Below are positions 50,989 through 60,648 of a stretch of DNA of 64,000 nucleotides, piece by piece. The notes beneath the pieces were generated by a model, which was not told where the DNA came from, did no database searches, and worked only from the letters and a program-made list of their open reading frames with translations. The DNA is from an uncultured Pseudomonadota bacterium (GTDB lineage Bacteria; Oederibacteriota; Muellerivitia; Muellerivitales; Muellerivitaceae), in the NCBI GenBank assembly GCA_963836235.1, contig CAWIIP010000002.1, positions 1,792,001 to 1,856,000 on the forward strand, read 5' to 3'. The position numbers and the translations under genes are program-made. How positions within the stretch are numbered: position 1 is the stretch's first letter; the number at the start of each line of letters is the position of its first letter.

Positions 50989-51009
50989 TTTCAAGGGTTT
51001 TGAGTGAGG
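50989..51009 (+). repeat. 21-bp direct repeat, right copy
   Basis: Identical to 48925-48945. Confidence 0.9.
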
Positions 51010-51062
51010 CGGGTGGTTTCAGTCCCTCTGCGGTAGAAACCAGCAACCATTCTTCGGCATTT

Positions 51063-52337
51063 CTACCGAATGGGAAAGCCGCCCCCGAAGGGGCTGGCGT
51101 CATCGGGCGTGGGTGTGAAGGTGGGAGTGGGAAGGGGAGTATCCGTCGCGACGGGGGAATTTTCCGCCGAGGCTGGAGATGAATTGGGCGCGATCAATTT
51201 CAAGCGGATGACGCAATTGTTCTGGATATCGGTGACATAGAGCCGGTTCTGGGAGTCGCAAGCCAGGCCCCGGAACCGCGGGGAGGAAGCCAACTTCATG
51301 TTCTCGTCCGCGGCCCTCCATTCGCCGATAAAATCAAACCGGGCGTTGAAGATATTCACCCGGCCCGTCAGGCCGTCGGCCACGGCGATCATTTTGGTTT
51401 TGGTGACGACCACCCCGGCGGGTTCCTTGAATTGGTCGGGACCGTCCCCATACCAGCCCTCCATCGTGACGGGGGCGTTGTTGACCGGGGTGGGCTCAAT
51501 GGTGGTGGCGCTCGAATCGGTGGTGACGGGGGATTGGTCGATGCCGGCGGGCGACCGGTCGTTGAAGACCTGGATGCGGTTGTTGCCCGTATCCGCCAGG
51601 ATGCCCTGGTCGATGTTGTTCAAAGCCAAACCCAGGGGAAAGTTGAGGGAGCCGGGCTGGGTGCCAAAGGTCCCCCAGGTGAAGTTGAACTTCCCCATAT
51701 TGCTGAAGTTGGAGACGCGGGAGTTTCCCGAATCCAACACCCAAATATTCCCGAAATGGTCCTTGGCCACCACCCGGGGGGCGGTGAACTGGCGGTTCCG
51801 GGTTCCCAATCTTCCCCAGGAAAGCAGAACGAGACCGTTGGGGTCCAGCAGCACGATGCGGTTGTTGAGGGTATCGGCGACATAGATTTGCCCGTCGGGA
51901 ACGACCAGTACCCCCGCCGGATGGTCGAATTGAGGGTCATTTCGCCAGACGGCGGCGGGGCCGTAAGAGCCGATGGACTTGATGGGCTTTCCGTCGCAGG
52001 TCCATTCCTGAACGCGGTTGTTTTGGGTGTCCGCGATGTAAAGGTTGTCGTCGGGTCCCACGCAAATTCCCTCGGGGCCGTTGAGTTCGTTGGGGCCCGA
52101 TCCCTTGGTTCCCAAGAGGGTGTCGAAGGCGTAAATTTTCTCGCCGACCCAATTTTTAGGCAAGGCATTGGCCGGGGGGGTCTGGTCGGGAGGGATGGCG
52201 GCGGTAGGCGTGGGGAGGAGAGCGGCAATAGGCGTGGAGACCGTGTTATCGCTATCGGCCCAGGTGATGCCGGGCGCGGCGGCCAAGCTTAAGCCAAGGG
52301 CGATAAAAGCCGGGATAAATTTCGAGAGGGAATACAT
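51063..52337 (-). CDS. Secreted NHL-repeat beta-propeller protein
   Basis: Repeated P.G...YIADT.NNR motifs, signal peptide, PT-rich linkers. Confidence 0.88.
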   Translation of the reverse strand: MYSLSKFIPAFIALGLSLAAAPGITWADSDNTVSTPIAALLPTPTAAIPPDQTPPANALPKNWVGEKIYAFDTLLGTKGSGPNELNGPEGICVGPDDNLYIADTQNNRVQEWTCDGKPIKSIGSYGPAAVWRNDPQFDHPAGVLVVPDGQIYVADTLNNRIVLLDPNGLVLLSWGRLGTRNRQFTAPRVVAKDHFGNIWVLDSGNSRVSNFSNMGKFNFTWGTFGTQPGSLNFPLGLALNNIDQGILADTGNNRIQVFNDRSPAGIDQSPVTTDSSATTIEPTPVNNAPVTMEGWYGDGPDQFKEPAGVVVTKTKMIAVADGLTGRVNIFNARFDFIGEWRAADENMKLASSPRFRGLACDSQNRLYVTDIQNNCVIRLKLIAPNSSPASAENSPVATDTPLPTPTFTPTPDDASPFGGGFPIR

Positions 52338-52529
52338 GAATGCAATGCTATAGGCCCTCCCAAGCCGAGTCAATGCCCAGGCCTACACCTCACGCCTCGA
52401 AAGGTTACCCCTCTTTTGCGATTCTTGACGACCCCCGGAATCTTGCTATCCTAACCCCCAGTTTCAAGAGGTTGACTCTTCTCTATATACATACGACTTC
52501 CTCATTCTTCGAACTCAAAGAGGTACATC

Positions 52530-53663
52530 ATGCAACGACGGTTTTGGGTAGCGACGGTGTTAGTGGCGTTGGTTTTGAGCGTGGCTTGCGGGCCCAAGTT
52601 GAATCCCAACGAAATCCGCATCGGGGAATATGGTTCCCTCACGGGTGCCCAAGCGACTTTCGGGATTTCCACCCAAAACGGTATCGAACTGGCGGTGGAC
52701 GAGGTGAACGCGGCGGGCGGCATCAACGGGAAGACTCTCAAAGTGATAGCCTTGGACGACCAGGGAAAGCCCGAAGAAGCGGCGGTGGTCGTGACGAAGT
52801 TAATCACACAAGAAAAGGCCCAAGTGATCCTGGGGGAAGTGGCCAGTTCCCTTTCCCTGGCGGCGGCGCCGATTTGCCAGGAGCACAAGACTCCTATGAT
52901 TTCCCCCTCCTCCACCAACCCCAAGGTGACCCAAGTGGGGGATTATATTTTTCGCGTCTGCTTCATCGACCCCTTCCAGGGCCAAGTGATGGCGGATTTC
53001 GCCATGGGCGCTTTGAAGGCCAAGACCGCGGCTATCCTGCGGGACCAGAAAAGCGATTACAGCATGGGCCTGGCGGATTTTTTCATCAAGCGCTTCAAAG
53101 ATAAGGGCGGAACCATCCTGGTCGACCAGAGTTACGTGGCGGGAGACGTGGATTTCAAATCCCAACTGACCAACATCCGGGAACAAAAGCCCGACGTGAT
53201 TTTCGTGCCCGGTTATTATGGCGAAGTGGGGCTCATCGCAAAGCAGGCGCGGGAACTGGGCGTCAAGGTTCCGCTCTTGGGCGGCGACGGGTGGGATTCC
53301 TCCAAACTTTATGAGATCGGCGGGGCGGCGCTGGACGGTTGTTATTTCTCCAGCCACTATTCCCCGGATTCGACCGACCCGAAGGTCCAGGATTTCGTGA
53401 AGAAGTACCAGGCTAAATTCGGCCAAGTGCCGGATGCCCTGGCGACGCTGGGTTATGATTCGGCGGGAGTATTGGTGGCGGGCTTGAAGAGCGCGAAATC
53501 CCTGGAGGGTGCCGATATCCGTGACGCCATCGCGGCCACGAAGAACTACGCGGGAGTGACCGGCTCCATCAGCTTAGACGCGGACCGAAACGCCGTCAAA
53601 CCGGCGGTTGTGTTAAAAATTTCCGGCAACAAATCCTCTTTCGTCACAACCGTAAATCCATAA
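52530..53663 (+). CDS. livK: Branched-chain amino acid ABC substrate-binding lipoprotein
   Basis: VAC lipobox, SLTG..ATFG, FRVCFIDPFQG, GGDGWDS. Confidence 0.9.
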   Translation: MQRRFWVATVLVALVLSVACGPKLNPNEIRIGEYGSLTGAQATFGISTQNGIELAVDEVNAAGGINGKTLKVIALDDQGKPEEAAVVVTKLITQEKAQVILGEVASSLSLAAAPICQEHKTPMISPSSTNPKVTQVGDYIFRVCFIDPFQGQVMADFAMGALKAKTAAILRDQKSDYSMGLADFFIKRFKDKGGTILVDQSYVAGDVDFKSQLTNIREQKPDVIFVPGYYGEVGLIAKQARELGVKVPLLGGDGWDSSKLYEIGGAALDGCYFSSHYSPDSTDPKVQDFVKKYQAKFGQVPDALATLGYDSAGVLVAGLKSAKSLEGADIRDAIAATKNYAGVTGSISLDADRNAVKPAVVLKISGNKSSFVTTVNP

Positions 53664-53665
53664 TC

Positions 53666-53870
53666 GCTGTCATTGCGAGACACGAATTTTGTGTCGAAGC
53701 AACCTCAGTTTGTGGTTGGTTTTAAGTGTCCTCGGCTGATTTTGAATTTTATTTAAACTGAGGTTGTACTTGGGCCTTTGGCCCAAGCATGATTGGCCGA
53801 ATTAAGGCCAATTACTTTAAGCCTGTCGTCACCGTCCCGCTATTCGCGGGACACCCCTCGCAATGACAGC
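53666..53870. repeat. Family B palindromic element, copy 1
   Basis: GCTGTCATTGCGAG..CTCGCAATGACAGC perfect 14-bp IR with internal hairpins. Confidence 0.8.
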
Positions 53871-54094
53871 ATATTTTGGTATTTTTGGATCCTGGAAAAG
53901 TAAGACAGTTCCTGGGCCTTTTTTGCGTTGGGGGCCCGGATCGGTCGGTCTTTGTGCGAAAACCCCGGCAGGTTTTTGTGCAGTCTTTCGAATTCTCCTT
54001 GTTGAGCTCCATTTTTCTTGAAAAGAACTCAAGCCCGGCCTTTAATTGAATTCCCCTCGGCTAAAGGGGGGATTTTCTGGAAGGAGACCTCCTC

Positions 54095-55381
54095 ATGGCT
54101 AAAGGAACGCTGACGCGCGATACCCAACCGGGTTTTTTCAATCTCCGCGAGATCATCGAAGGGGAGTGGGTTGAAGCCCATTACCAGCCCATCGTTTCCC
54201 TCAAGCGGCGTACCATCGTGGGGTTGGAAGGATTGACCCGGGGCCTGCAACCGGGAAGCCGCCATTTGATTTCCCCGATGGATCTTTTCCACCAGGCCGC
54301 CATCCAGGGCCTGCAACTGGATTTGGACCGGTTGTGCCGCAAAAAAATCATGGATGGTTTCCGCCGGATTCACGCCTGTTCCCCCGACCTGATTCTTTCC
54401 GTTAATTTGGACGCCTCCATTTTGGATCAAGGCGTGGTGGGTTCGGGCCACCTGCGCCAGCAAGTTTTAGAAATGGGCCTCAAACCCGAAAATATTTGCA
54501 TCGAAATTATCGAATCCGACGTGGAAGACCTGAAAGCATTCCAGCGGTTCGTCCAGCTCCACCGCAGTTACGGCTTCCTCATCGCGTTAGACGACGTGGG
54601 CGCGGGCCATTCCAACCTCAACCGAATCCCTTTGATCAAGCCCGATATCCTTAAAATTGACCGTTTTCTTGTGCAAGATATCCAGGATGATTTTTACAAA
54701 CAAGAAGTGCTGAAATCCCTGGTCCGCATGGCCCGGCACCTGGGAACGCTCATCATCGCCGAGGGGGTGGAAACCCAGGAAGAAGCGGTCTGCCTTTTAG
54801 ACATGGATGTGGACATGATCCAAGGCTATTACTTCTCCCGTCCCCAAAGGCCCGACCAGTTGGAGTACGAGCCGGTTCTGACCCGTATCGACGGATTGGG
54901 AGGCGCCTTCAAGCGTAATTTCCTGAAGCGGCTGGGAACCCGAAAATTCAACATGAACCGCTACTACGCCACGCTTCTCGAGATACAGACGGAACTCAGC
55001 CGGATGAACCCGGTCCATTTTGATTCCATCTTGAAGCGGATGGCGGGCGAATTTCCGCATGTGGAGAGCCTTTATATACTGGATGAATCGGGCCTTCAGG
55101 TTTCGGAAAGTGTTTTCAATGACGAAGGCCGAACCAAACGCAACCCGGTGGTTTTTAGGCCCGCGCCGAAGGGCTCGGATCATACAATGAAGGATTATTA
55201 TTATTTCCTCATGGAGGCGGGGCTGAATAAGACCAGCTACGTGACGGAGCCTTATTTATCAATGGCGTCGGGGAACAGCTGCGTCACGCTTTCTTCGGTC
55301 GTCAAAAATGAAAATCAGAAAAAATATATTCTTTGCCTGGATATCAACACGGATGCCCTGGGGCAGGAACAAACCGAATAA
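54095..55381 (+). CDS. EAL-domain protein with C-terminal sensor-like domain (YkuI-like)
   Basis: YQPI, EGL, DDVGAG, KID, EGVE, QGYYFSRP; C-terminal TEPYLS. Confidence 0.88.
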   Translation: MAKGTLTRDTQPGFFNLREIIEGEWVEAHYQPIVSLKRRTIVGLEGLTRGLQPGSRHLISPMDLFHQAAIQGLQLDLDRLCRKKIMDGFRRIHACSPDLILSVNLDASILDQGVVGSGHLRQQVLEMGLKPENICIEIIESDVEDLKAFQRFVQLHRSYGFLIALDDVGAGHSNLNRIPLIKPDILKIDRFLVQDIQDDFYKQEVLKSLVRMARHLGTLIIAEGVETQEEAVCLLDMDVDMIQGYYFSRPQRPDQLEYEPVLTRIDGLGGAFKRNFLKRLGTRKFNMNRYYATLLEIQTELSRMNPVHFDSILKRMAGEFPHVESLYILDESGLQVSESVFNDEGRTKRNPVVFRPAPKGSDHTMKDYYYFLMEAGLNKTSYVTEPYLSMASGNSCVTLSSVVKNENQKKYILCLDINTDALGQEQTE

Positions 55382-55388
55382 AAATTCT

Positions 55389-55500
55389 TTACCACCAAGA
55401 CACCAAGGGCACCAAGAAAAATAAAAATTATTCCTGAATTTATATTTTTTGAAACTTTTGTCTTTCGCCATTCTTGGTGTCTTCGTGCCTTGGTGGTTAA
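55389..55500. repeat. Family A inverted-repeat element, copy 3
   Basis: ACCACCAAGACACCAAGGGCACCAAG..CTTGGTGTCTTCGTGCCTTGGTGGT. Confidence 0.8.
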
Positions 55501-55506
55501 GAGGTT

Positions 55507-56670
55507 TTAACCGGGTTGGAGTTCGATCAGGCTGACTTCCGGGGTGAGGCCGAACCGGACGGGAAGGGTCCAATAGCCCGTTCCCGGGGTCACGTAAAGC
55601 TGGCTTTCCCCTTCCTTAAAAAGTCCCATGTGGTATTTCATGAAGAGCTTGGCCAAGGACCAATTCAAGGCCTTGAAGCCGACCTGTCCGCCATGGGTGT
55701 GGCCGCTTAAAGTGAGTTCCACTTTCCGTTCTATCGCTTCCTTGAAGCCCTGGGGTTGATGGGCCAGCAAAATCGTGGGCGCCCCCTCGGGTTTTCCTTC
55801 CAAAGCCTTGTCGAAGTCGGGGGCCACCGAACCCCAGTTGCCAAAACGTCGCGCGCCTTGGTCGCCGACTCCCGCGATCCAGATAAAGGACTCCCCACGC
55901 TGGATAGCCATTCCCTCGTTCACCAACATTTGCAGGCGGCTGTCCTCCAGCACTTGAAGGGTTTTTTCCGGGTTGGCGTAAACGTCGTGATTGCCCAGCA
56001 CCCCGATGGCGGGCAGATAGGGGTCCAAGACCTCCAGGCTTTTCAGGAACTTGGGAAGATACTGGGGGTCGTCGTCGGTGATGTCGCCGCAGACGACGAA
56101 GAGATCAGGTTTGGCCTCCTGGGCCACCCGGGCGAATTTTTGAAGCCGGGAGAGCGGCGTGAAAAGGCCCACATGCAGGTCGGAGACCATGGCGATTTTA
56201 TAACCCGAGAACTCGGGCGGAAGGTTCTTGATGCGCACCGAGACTTTTTCCAATTTCACCAGGAACAGCGCTTGAAAGAGACCCACGATCGTCATGAAAC
56301 CGATCAGCCCCAGGAAGATAGTGACCGGCAGATGGGCGAATTGGGCGAAAGGAATCCACCGCCATCCCAAGGAAGCCAGCCAAACCAGCCCCAATAACAA
56401 AAGAAAAACGGAGGAAAGTAAAATCAGGAAGTTCCAAAAGACCCAGAAGGGGCCCAGGATGGCCCGGGATAGGCGGAAAAAGGGGGAGGAGTGGCGCTTT
56501 AGAAGAAGGGGCAAAAGAAGCCAAAGGAGATTGCCCAGGACCGCCCCCAGCATGACGAAATGCGCCCCGGCGGGGTAAATGCTCAGGCCGGCCCAAATGG
56601 CGAGGGCGTTCATCAGGAAAAACACGCTTAAGACCAGGTTGAAGATGAGAACGGTGCGACGGGTGGCCAA
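55507..56670 (-). CDS. Membrane-anchored metallophosphoesterase
   Basis: SDLH, GD, GNHD, LAHQP, SGHTHGGQ. Confidence 0.9.
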   Translation of the reverse strand: MATRRTVLIFNLVLSVFFLMNALAIWAGLSIYPAGAHFVMLGAVLGNLLWLLLPLLLKRHSSPFFRLSRAILGPFWVFWNFLILLSSVFLLLLGLVWLASLGWRWIPFAQFAHLPVTIFLGLIGFMTIVGLFQALFLVKLEKVSVRIKNLPPEFSGYKIAMVSDLHVGLFTPLSRLQKFARVAQEAKPDLFVVCGDITDDDPQYLPKFLKSLEVLDPYLPAIGVLGNHDVYANPEKTLQVLEDSRLQMLVNEGMAIQRGESFIWIAGVGDQGARRFGNWGSVAPDFDKALEGKPEGAPTILLAHQPQGFKEAIERKVELTLSGHTHGGQVGFKALNWSLAKLFMKYHMGLFKEGESQLYVTPGTGYWTLPVRFGLTPEVSLIELQPG

Positions 56671-56751
56671 GAGTTCCTCCGGGTTGTAAAAGCCAACGTA
56701 CTATTTAGTTGAGAGGGTGTTTTTGTCAAGGGTGGACAAAAAGAAAAATTT

Positions 56752-56873
56752 TTACCACCAAGGGCACCAAGAAAGGCTTTAGAAAGAACTGGCCAAAATT
56801 AAATGGTTGAATGATTTTTTTTAGACTATAAATGATTAAGTTTTCTTGGTGCCCTTGGTGCCTTGGTGGTTAA
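56752..56873. repeat. Family A inverted-repeat element, copy 4
   Basis: ACCACCAAGGGCACCAAG..CTTGGTGCCCTTGGTGCCTTGGTGGT. Confidence 0.8.
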
Positions 56874-56895
56874 ACTCTTTGAGGTGTTTTTGGCT

Positions 56896-57798
56896 ATGGA
56901 AGGGTTTCTTCAACTGCTACTGAACGGTACGGCGCTGGGTTCCATCTACGCCCTGATTGCCTTGGGCTACACGATGGTCTACGGCATTTTGCGCCTGATT
57001 AATTTCGCTCACGGGGATGTGGTCATGGTGGGCGCCTACGCCGGGCTTTTTACCGCCCTGATCCTCCACTCTTCCGACCATCCCAGCATCCTCAGTTTCC
57101 TGATTGTGTTGGTTGTGGCCATGCTAGCCTCGGCTCTTTTGGGCTTTCTCATCGAACGTCTGGCCTACCGGCCCTTAAGAAACGTGCCCCGCTTGAATCT
57201 TTTGATTACCGCTGTTGGAGTATCCCTGCTTTTGGAAAACCTGGGACAAGTGGTGTTTGGGGCGACTCCCCGGGTTTTTCCGGACATCCTGCCCAATATT
57301 ACCCTTATTCAATACGGTCAGGTGGCCGTCACCAACCAACAAGTCACGGTTTTCGGGACCTCGCTTTTCTTGATGGTCGTCCTGGAGTGGATCGTCCAGA
57401 AAACCAAACTGGGGCGGGCCATGAGGGCGGTTTCCCATTCGCATGAGACGGCATCCCTAGTGGGGATACCGACCGACACTATCATCACCATCACCTTCAT
57501 CATCGGGTCGGCACTGGCGGCGGCGGCGGGCATCCTGGTTTGTATTTCCTATCCCCGGGTGGACCCCTTGATGGGCGTCATGATCGGCCTTAAGGCTTTC
57601 GTGGCGGCGGTGTTGGGCGGCATCGGGAGCATCCGGGGCGCGGTCGTGGGCGGGTTTCTGATGGGTATTTCGGAGGCTATGGTAGTGGGTTATGGTTCTT
57701 CCACTTACCGGGATGCGCTGGCCTTCGCCATTCTCATTCTCATTCTTATTTTCAAGCCCGCCGGATTGTTCGGAAAATACCAGCCGGAGAAGGTGTGA
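56896..57798 (+). CDS. livH: Branched-chain amino acid ABC permease
   Basis: YALIALGYTMVYGI..LINFAHG, KAFVAAVLGGIGSI. Confidence 0.93.
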   Translation: MEGFLQLLLNGTALGSIYALIALGYTMVYGILRLINFAHGDVVMVGAYAGLFTALILHSSDHPSILSFLIVLVVAMLASALLGFLIERLAYRPLRNVPRLNLLITAVGVSLLLENLGQVVFGATPRVFPDILPNITLIQYGQVAVTNQQVTVFGTSLFLMVVLEWIVQKTKLGRAMRAVSHSHETASLVGIPTDTIITITFIIGSALAAAAGILVCISYPRVDPLMGVMIGLKAFVAAVLGGIGSIRGAVVGGFLMGISEAMVVGYGSSTYRDALAFAILILILIFKPAGLFGKYQPEKV

Positions 57799-57882
57799 CA
57801 AGGGCGGGATTTTGAAACCGCCGAAATATGAAAGTATTGAAAAGGATTGGGGCCAACCGCCCTTTTCCCGGGAAAGGAAACT

Positions 57883-58182
57883 ATGTCTTACGAAAGATGC
57901 ATGGGTTTGGAAATCAAAGATGAGGCCTTGTACCAGCAATACCGGGATGGCATGACCCCGATGCTTGCCCCCTATGGCGGAAGTTTCCGTTACGACTTTA
58001 AAGTGGCGGAGGTTCTTCGGTCCGAAACCCCGGCTCCGATCAACCGTGTTTTTATCATCTCTTTCAAGGACAAGGCTTCCCACGACGCTTTTTTCCAAAA
58101 CCCGGACTATCTCCAGGTCCGGCAGCGTTTTTTTAATCCCTCGGTCGGCAATGTCACTAAACTGGCGGGTTACGAACTTTAA
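57883..58182 (+). CDS. DUF1330-like small protein
   Basis: YQQYR..YGG.F.YDF..INRVF..FF.NPDY; AAGGA RBS. Confidence 0.75.
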   Translation: MSYERCMGLEIKDEALYQQYRDGMTPMLAPYGGSFRYDFKVAEVLRSETPAPINRVFIISFKDKASHDAFFQNPDYLQVRQRFFNPSVGNVTKLAGYEL

Positions 58183-58202
58183 AGCGAGGTTGAACCTTTC
58201 CG

Positions 58203-59171
58203 ATGAAATCCAACCTTAAATCCCTTTTCATTCTCGTGGGTATTTCCCTCGCCGCCCAAGGGCTGGCCATGGTGATGCCGGATTATTTCACCGAGCTTTT
58301 CATGTACGGGTGCATCAACGCCATTCTGGCGGTGTCCTTGAACCTGGTGAACGGGCTTTCGGGGCAATTTTCCCTAGGCCACGCGGGGTTTATGGCGGTG
58401 GGGGCCTATACGGCGGCTTCGGTGAATGTTTTTTTTCTTTCGTCCCTACACGGCAGCCCGGTGGGGGACCAGGTTTCGCTCCTCATTTCATTGGCGGCGG
58501 CGGCTTTGATTAGCGCCCTGGCGGGATACCTGGTGGGGCTGCCCTCCCTTCGATTGAAAGGGGACTACCTGGCCATCGCCACCCTGGGATTCGGCGAGAT
58601 CATCCGGGTCATTATCCTCAATATCCAAAAGGTAGGAGGCGCCAGGGGCTTCATCGGTATTCCCACCTCCTCGACGCCTTTCCTGGCAGTTTTCATTTTG
58701 GTTCTCTTTGTGCTTTTGACCCACCGGTTTGTCCTGTCGTCCCATGGACGGGCCCTGCTTTCCATCCGCGAAAACGAGATCGCGGCGGAAGCTATGGGCG
58801 TGGATACGACCTTCTATAAAGTACAGGCTTTCGTCATTTCGGCGGCGGGAGCAGGCGTGGCGGGAGGGCTTTTTGCCCATTACCTTTCCTATATCAACCC
58901 CAGCTCATTCGATTTCATGAAGTCGGTGGAAATCGTGATCATGGTGGTCTTGGGCGGCATGGGGTCGGTTTCGGGTTCCATCATCGCGGCTTTCCTGCTG
59001 ACCTTGTTGCCGGAAGCCCTGCGGCCCCTGCAGGACATCACCCATGTGGACCTGCGCATGGTGATCTACTCACTGGCGCTGATTCTGATGATGCTCTTGA
59101 GGCCCAAGGGCCTTTTCGGGCGCAAGGAGTTGTGGGAAATATTGAGGCCGGGGCGCGCCCCCAAAGGCTGA
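58203..59171 (+). CDS. livM: Branched-chain amino acid ABC permease
   Basis: GQFSLGHAGFMAVGAY, LRLKGDYLAIATLGFGE. Confidence 0.93.
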   Translation: MKSNLKSLFILVGISLAAQGLAMVMPDYFTELFMYGCINAILAVSLNLVNGLSGQFSLGHAGFMAVGAYTAASVNVFFLSSLHGSPVGDQVSLLISLAAAALISALAGYLVGLPSLRLKGDYLAIATLGFGEIIRVIILNIQKVGGARGFIGIPTSSTPFLAVFILVLFVLLTHRFVLSSHGRALLSIRENEIAAEAMGVDTTFYKVQAFVISAAGAGVAGGLFAHYLSYINPSSFDFMKSVEIVIMVVLGGMGSVSGSIIAAFLLTLLPEALRPLQDITHVDLRMVIYSLALILMMLLRPKGLFGRKELWEILRPGRAPKG

Positions 59172-59202
59172 TCCGGGAGAATTTGGCAAAAGAATCGTCC
59201 AA

Positions 59203-59583
59203 CGACCCATCGAAAAATAAGGGGAATAAGAATGTCTCCGAAGGCTTCGGAAACATCAAAAAACCCCTGAAAAAATGCATATCGAAAAATGAGGAAAAAT
59301 GGGTACTTTTAGAGAAAGTCGTATTTCCGCTGACCGGCCTCTGGAATAAGTGGTACATCGAGGGGGTACCGCTTTATTGGTTGGACCGCTATGAGGGCTG
59401 GACCCTTGCTTGGGGTGCTCAACGCTACTTCCCGCCGGTTGATTGGGGAAAGTGTGGCGGAAGACCCATCGAAAAATAAGGGGAATAATGATATTTCGGA
59501 AGACTTCCGAAACATCAATAAATGGGGAAAAACGGGGTCTTTTAGAGGATGTTGCATTTCCGCTGACCCGCCTCTGGAATAAG
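59203..59583 (+). repeat. Diverged non-coding direct duplication (~59203-59350 and ~59463-59583)
   Basis: GACCCATCGAAAAATAAGGGGAATAA and ATTTCCGCTGACC.GCCTCTGGAATAAG occur twice. Confidence 0.75.
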
Positions 59584-59687
59584 CGGACCCTCCAGGAAGC
59601 CCAGGCCCTGGTGGGGAAGGTGGCAGACGTCAGCCCCGAGGAAGAAACGGCCCAGGTCGAAAAGGATCATGGCCCGGCCAAGGAAGA

Positions 59688-59804
59688 CCTGTCCCCCGAA
59701 GCTTCAGCGAAGGTGGAGGACCCGCTCAAGGCCGTTGGAGATGGGGTAACATGCCTCCAAAAGATAGAAGCGGCCTGCCCTCCGTAGCTTTATGCGAAGG
59801 AGGG
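59688..59804 (+). repeat. Family C short REP-like units (two copies)
   Basis: CCTGTCCCCCGAAGCTTCAGCGAAGGTGGA and CCTGCCCTCCGTAGCTTTATGCGAAGGAGGG. Confidence 0.55.
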
Positions 59805-59896
59805 TCAGCACGGCCACCGATGCTAAATCGGCTACGGATAAGGCGAAGAGCTTGATCGGGTTTTAAATTTGAGATGTTTAGGGTCATAAACCAAAA

Positions 59897-60640
59897 ATGG
59901 ATAATGGTGGCCTGGCACCATTGTTCTGGGAATTAAAAAAAGTGTTTAAGCCCGAAACTTGTTATATGTGCGATCAACTTCGAACCTCGAAAGAGCATGT
60001 TCCGCCAAAATGCTTGTTCCCTGAAGTTAGTTATTTGAAAGAAATGGGGCTAATTGATCTTGATTTAAGGAAGAATCTAATAAAGGTGCCTTCGTGTGAT
60101 GCCCACAATACGGAGAAGTCTAAAGATGATGAGTATCTTTTGTACGCTTTAGGTACCGGCCATTCAATAAATAAACTTGGTGAAACTTATTTCCTTTTGA
60201 AGGTAAAACGGGCGATGAAACGAAATCCAAATTTAATGAATCGTCTTTTAACTGGATCTGAGCCAGTAATTTTCAAGGACGAAGTCGGGGAATTTGGAAC
60301 GCTAAAAATACAAGCCGAATTTGAAAGGCTTGTATCAATAATGGATAAGATTGGCAGAGGAATTTACTATAAGATTTTCAAAAACAAATGGTTAGATGGC
60401 GTTTATGTAGATATGGAGTTTTTGGTTGCTGAAAGAACGATCGAAGAAGAAAATTTTTGGAAGAATTTTAGAAACGCAGTCCAAAATGCCTTTATAAGTG
60501 AAATGCCAATGGGCGAAAACAAAGAGGTCTTTAATTATAATTATAAAGAGGTGAAAGAAAACGATATGTTGTTGATGCGATTAGGATTTTATGAAAAAGC
60601 AAAAGTGAATTTGATTTTTGCTAAATCAAGAATTATGTAG
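59897..60640 (+). CDS. HNH-like nuclease, AT-rich
   Basis: CYMC..KEHVPPK..VPSCDAHN..KS. Confidence 0.75.
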   Translation: MDNGGLAPLFWELKKVFKPETCYMCDQLRTSKEHVPPKCLFPEVSYLKEMGLIDLDLRKNLIKVPSCDAHNTEKSKDDEYLLYALGTGHSINKLGETYFLLKVKRAMKRNPNLMNRLLTGSEPVIFKDEVGEFGTLKIQAEFERLVSIMDKIGRGIYYKIFKNKWLDGVYVDMEFLVAERTIEEENFWKNFRNAVQNAFISEMPMGENKEVFNYNYKEVKENDMLLMRLGFYEKAKVNLIFAKSRIM

Positions 60641-60648
60641 GTGCTGAC

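Noticed and set aside
52341-52358. Possible sigma54 box upstream of the NHL gene
   Set aside because: GG to GC spacing is 11, not the required 10, and no enhancer motif is nearby.
15897-56873. CACCAAG repeats as a CRISPR array
   Set aside because: Dispersed inverted arms rather than regularly spaced direct repeats; no cas genes.
59203-59583. Duplicated block as a mini-CRISPR
   Set aside because: Only two long diverged copies; no repeat-spacer periodicity.
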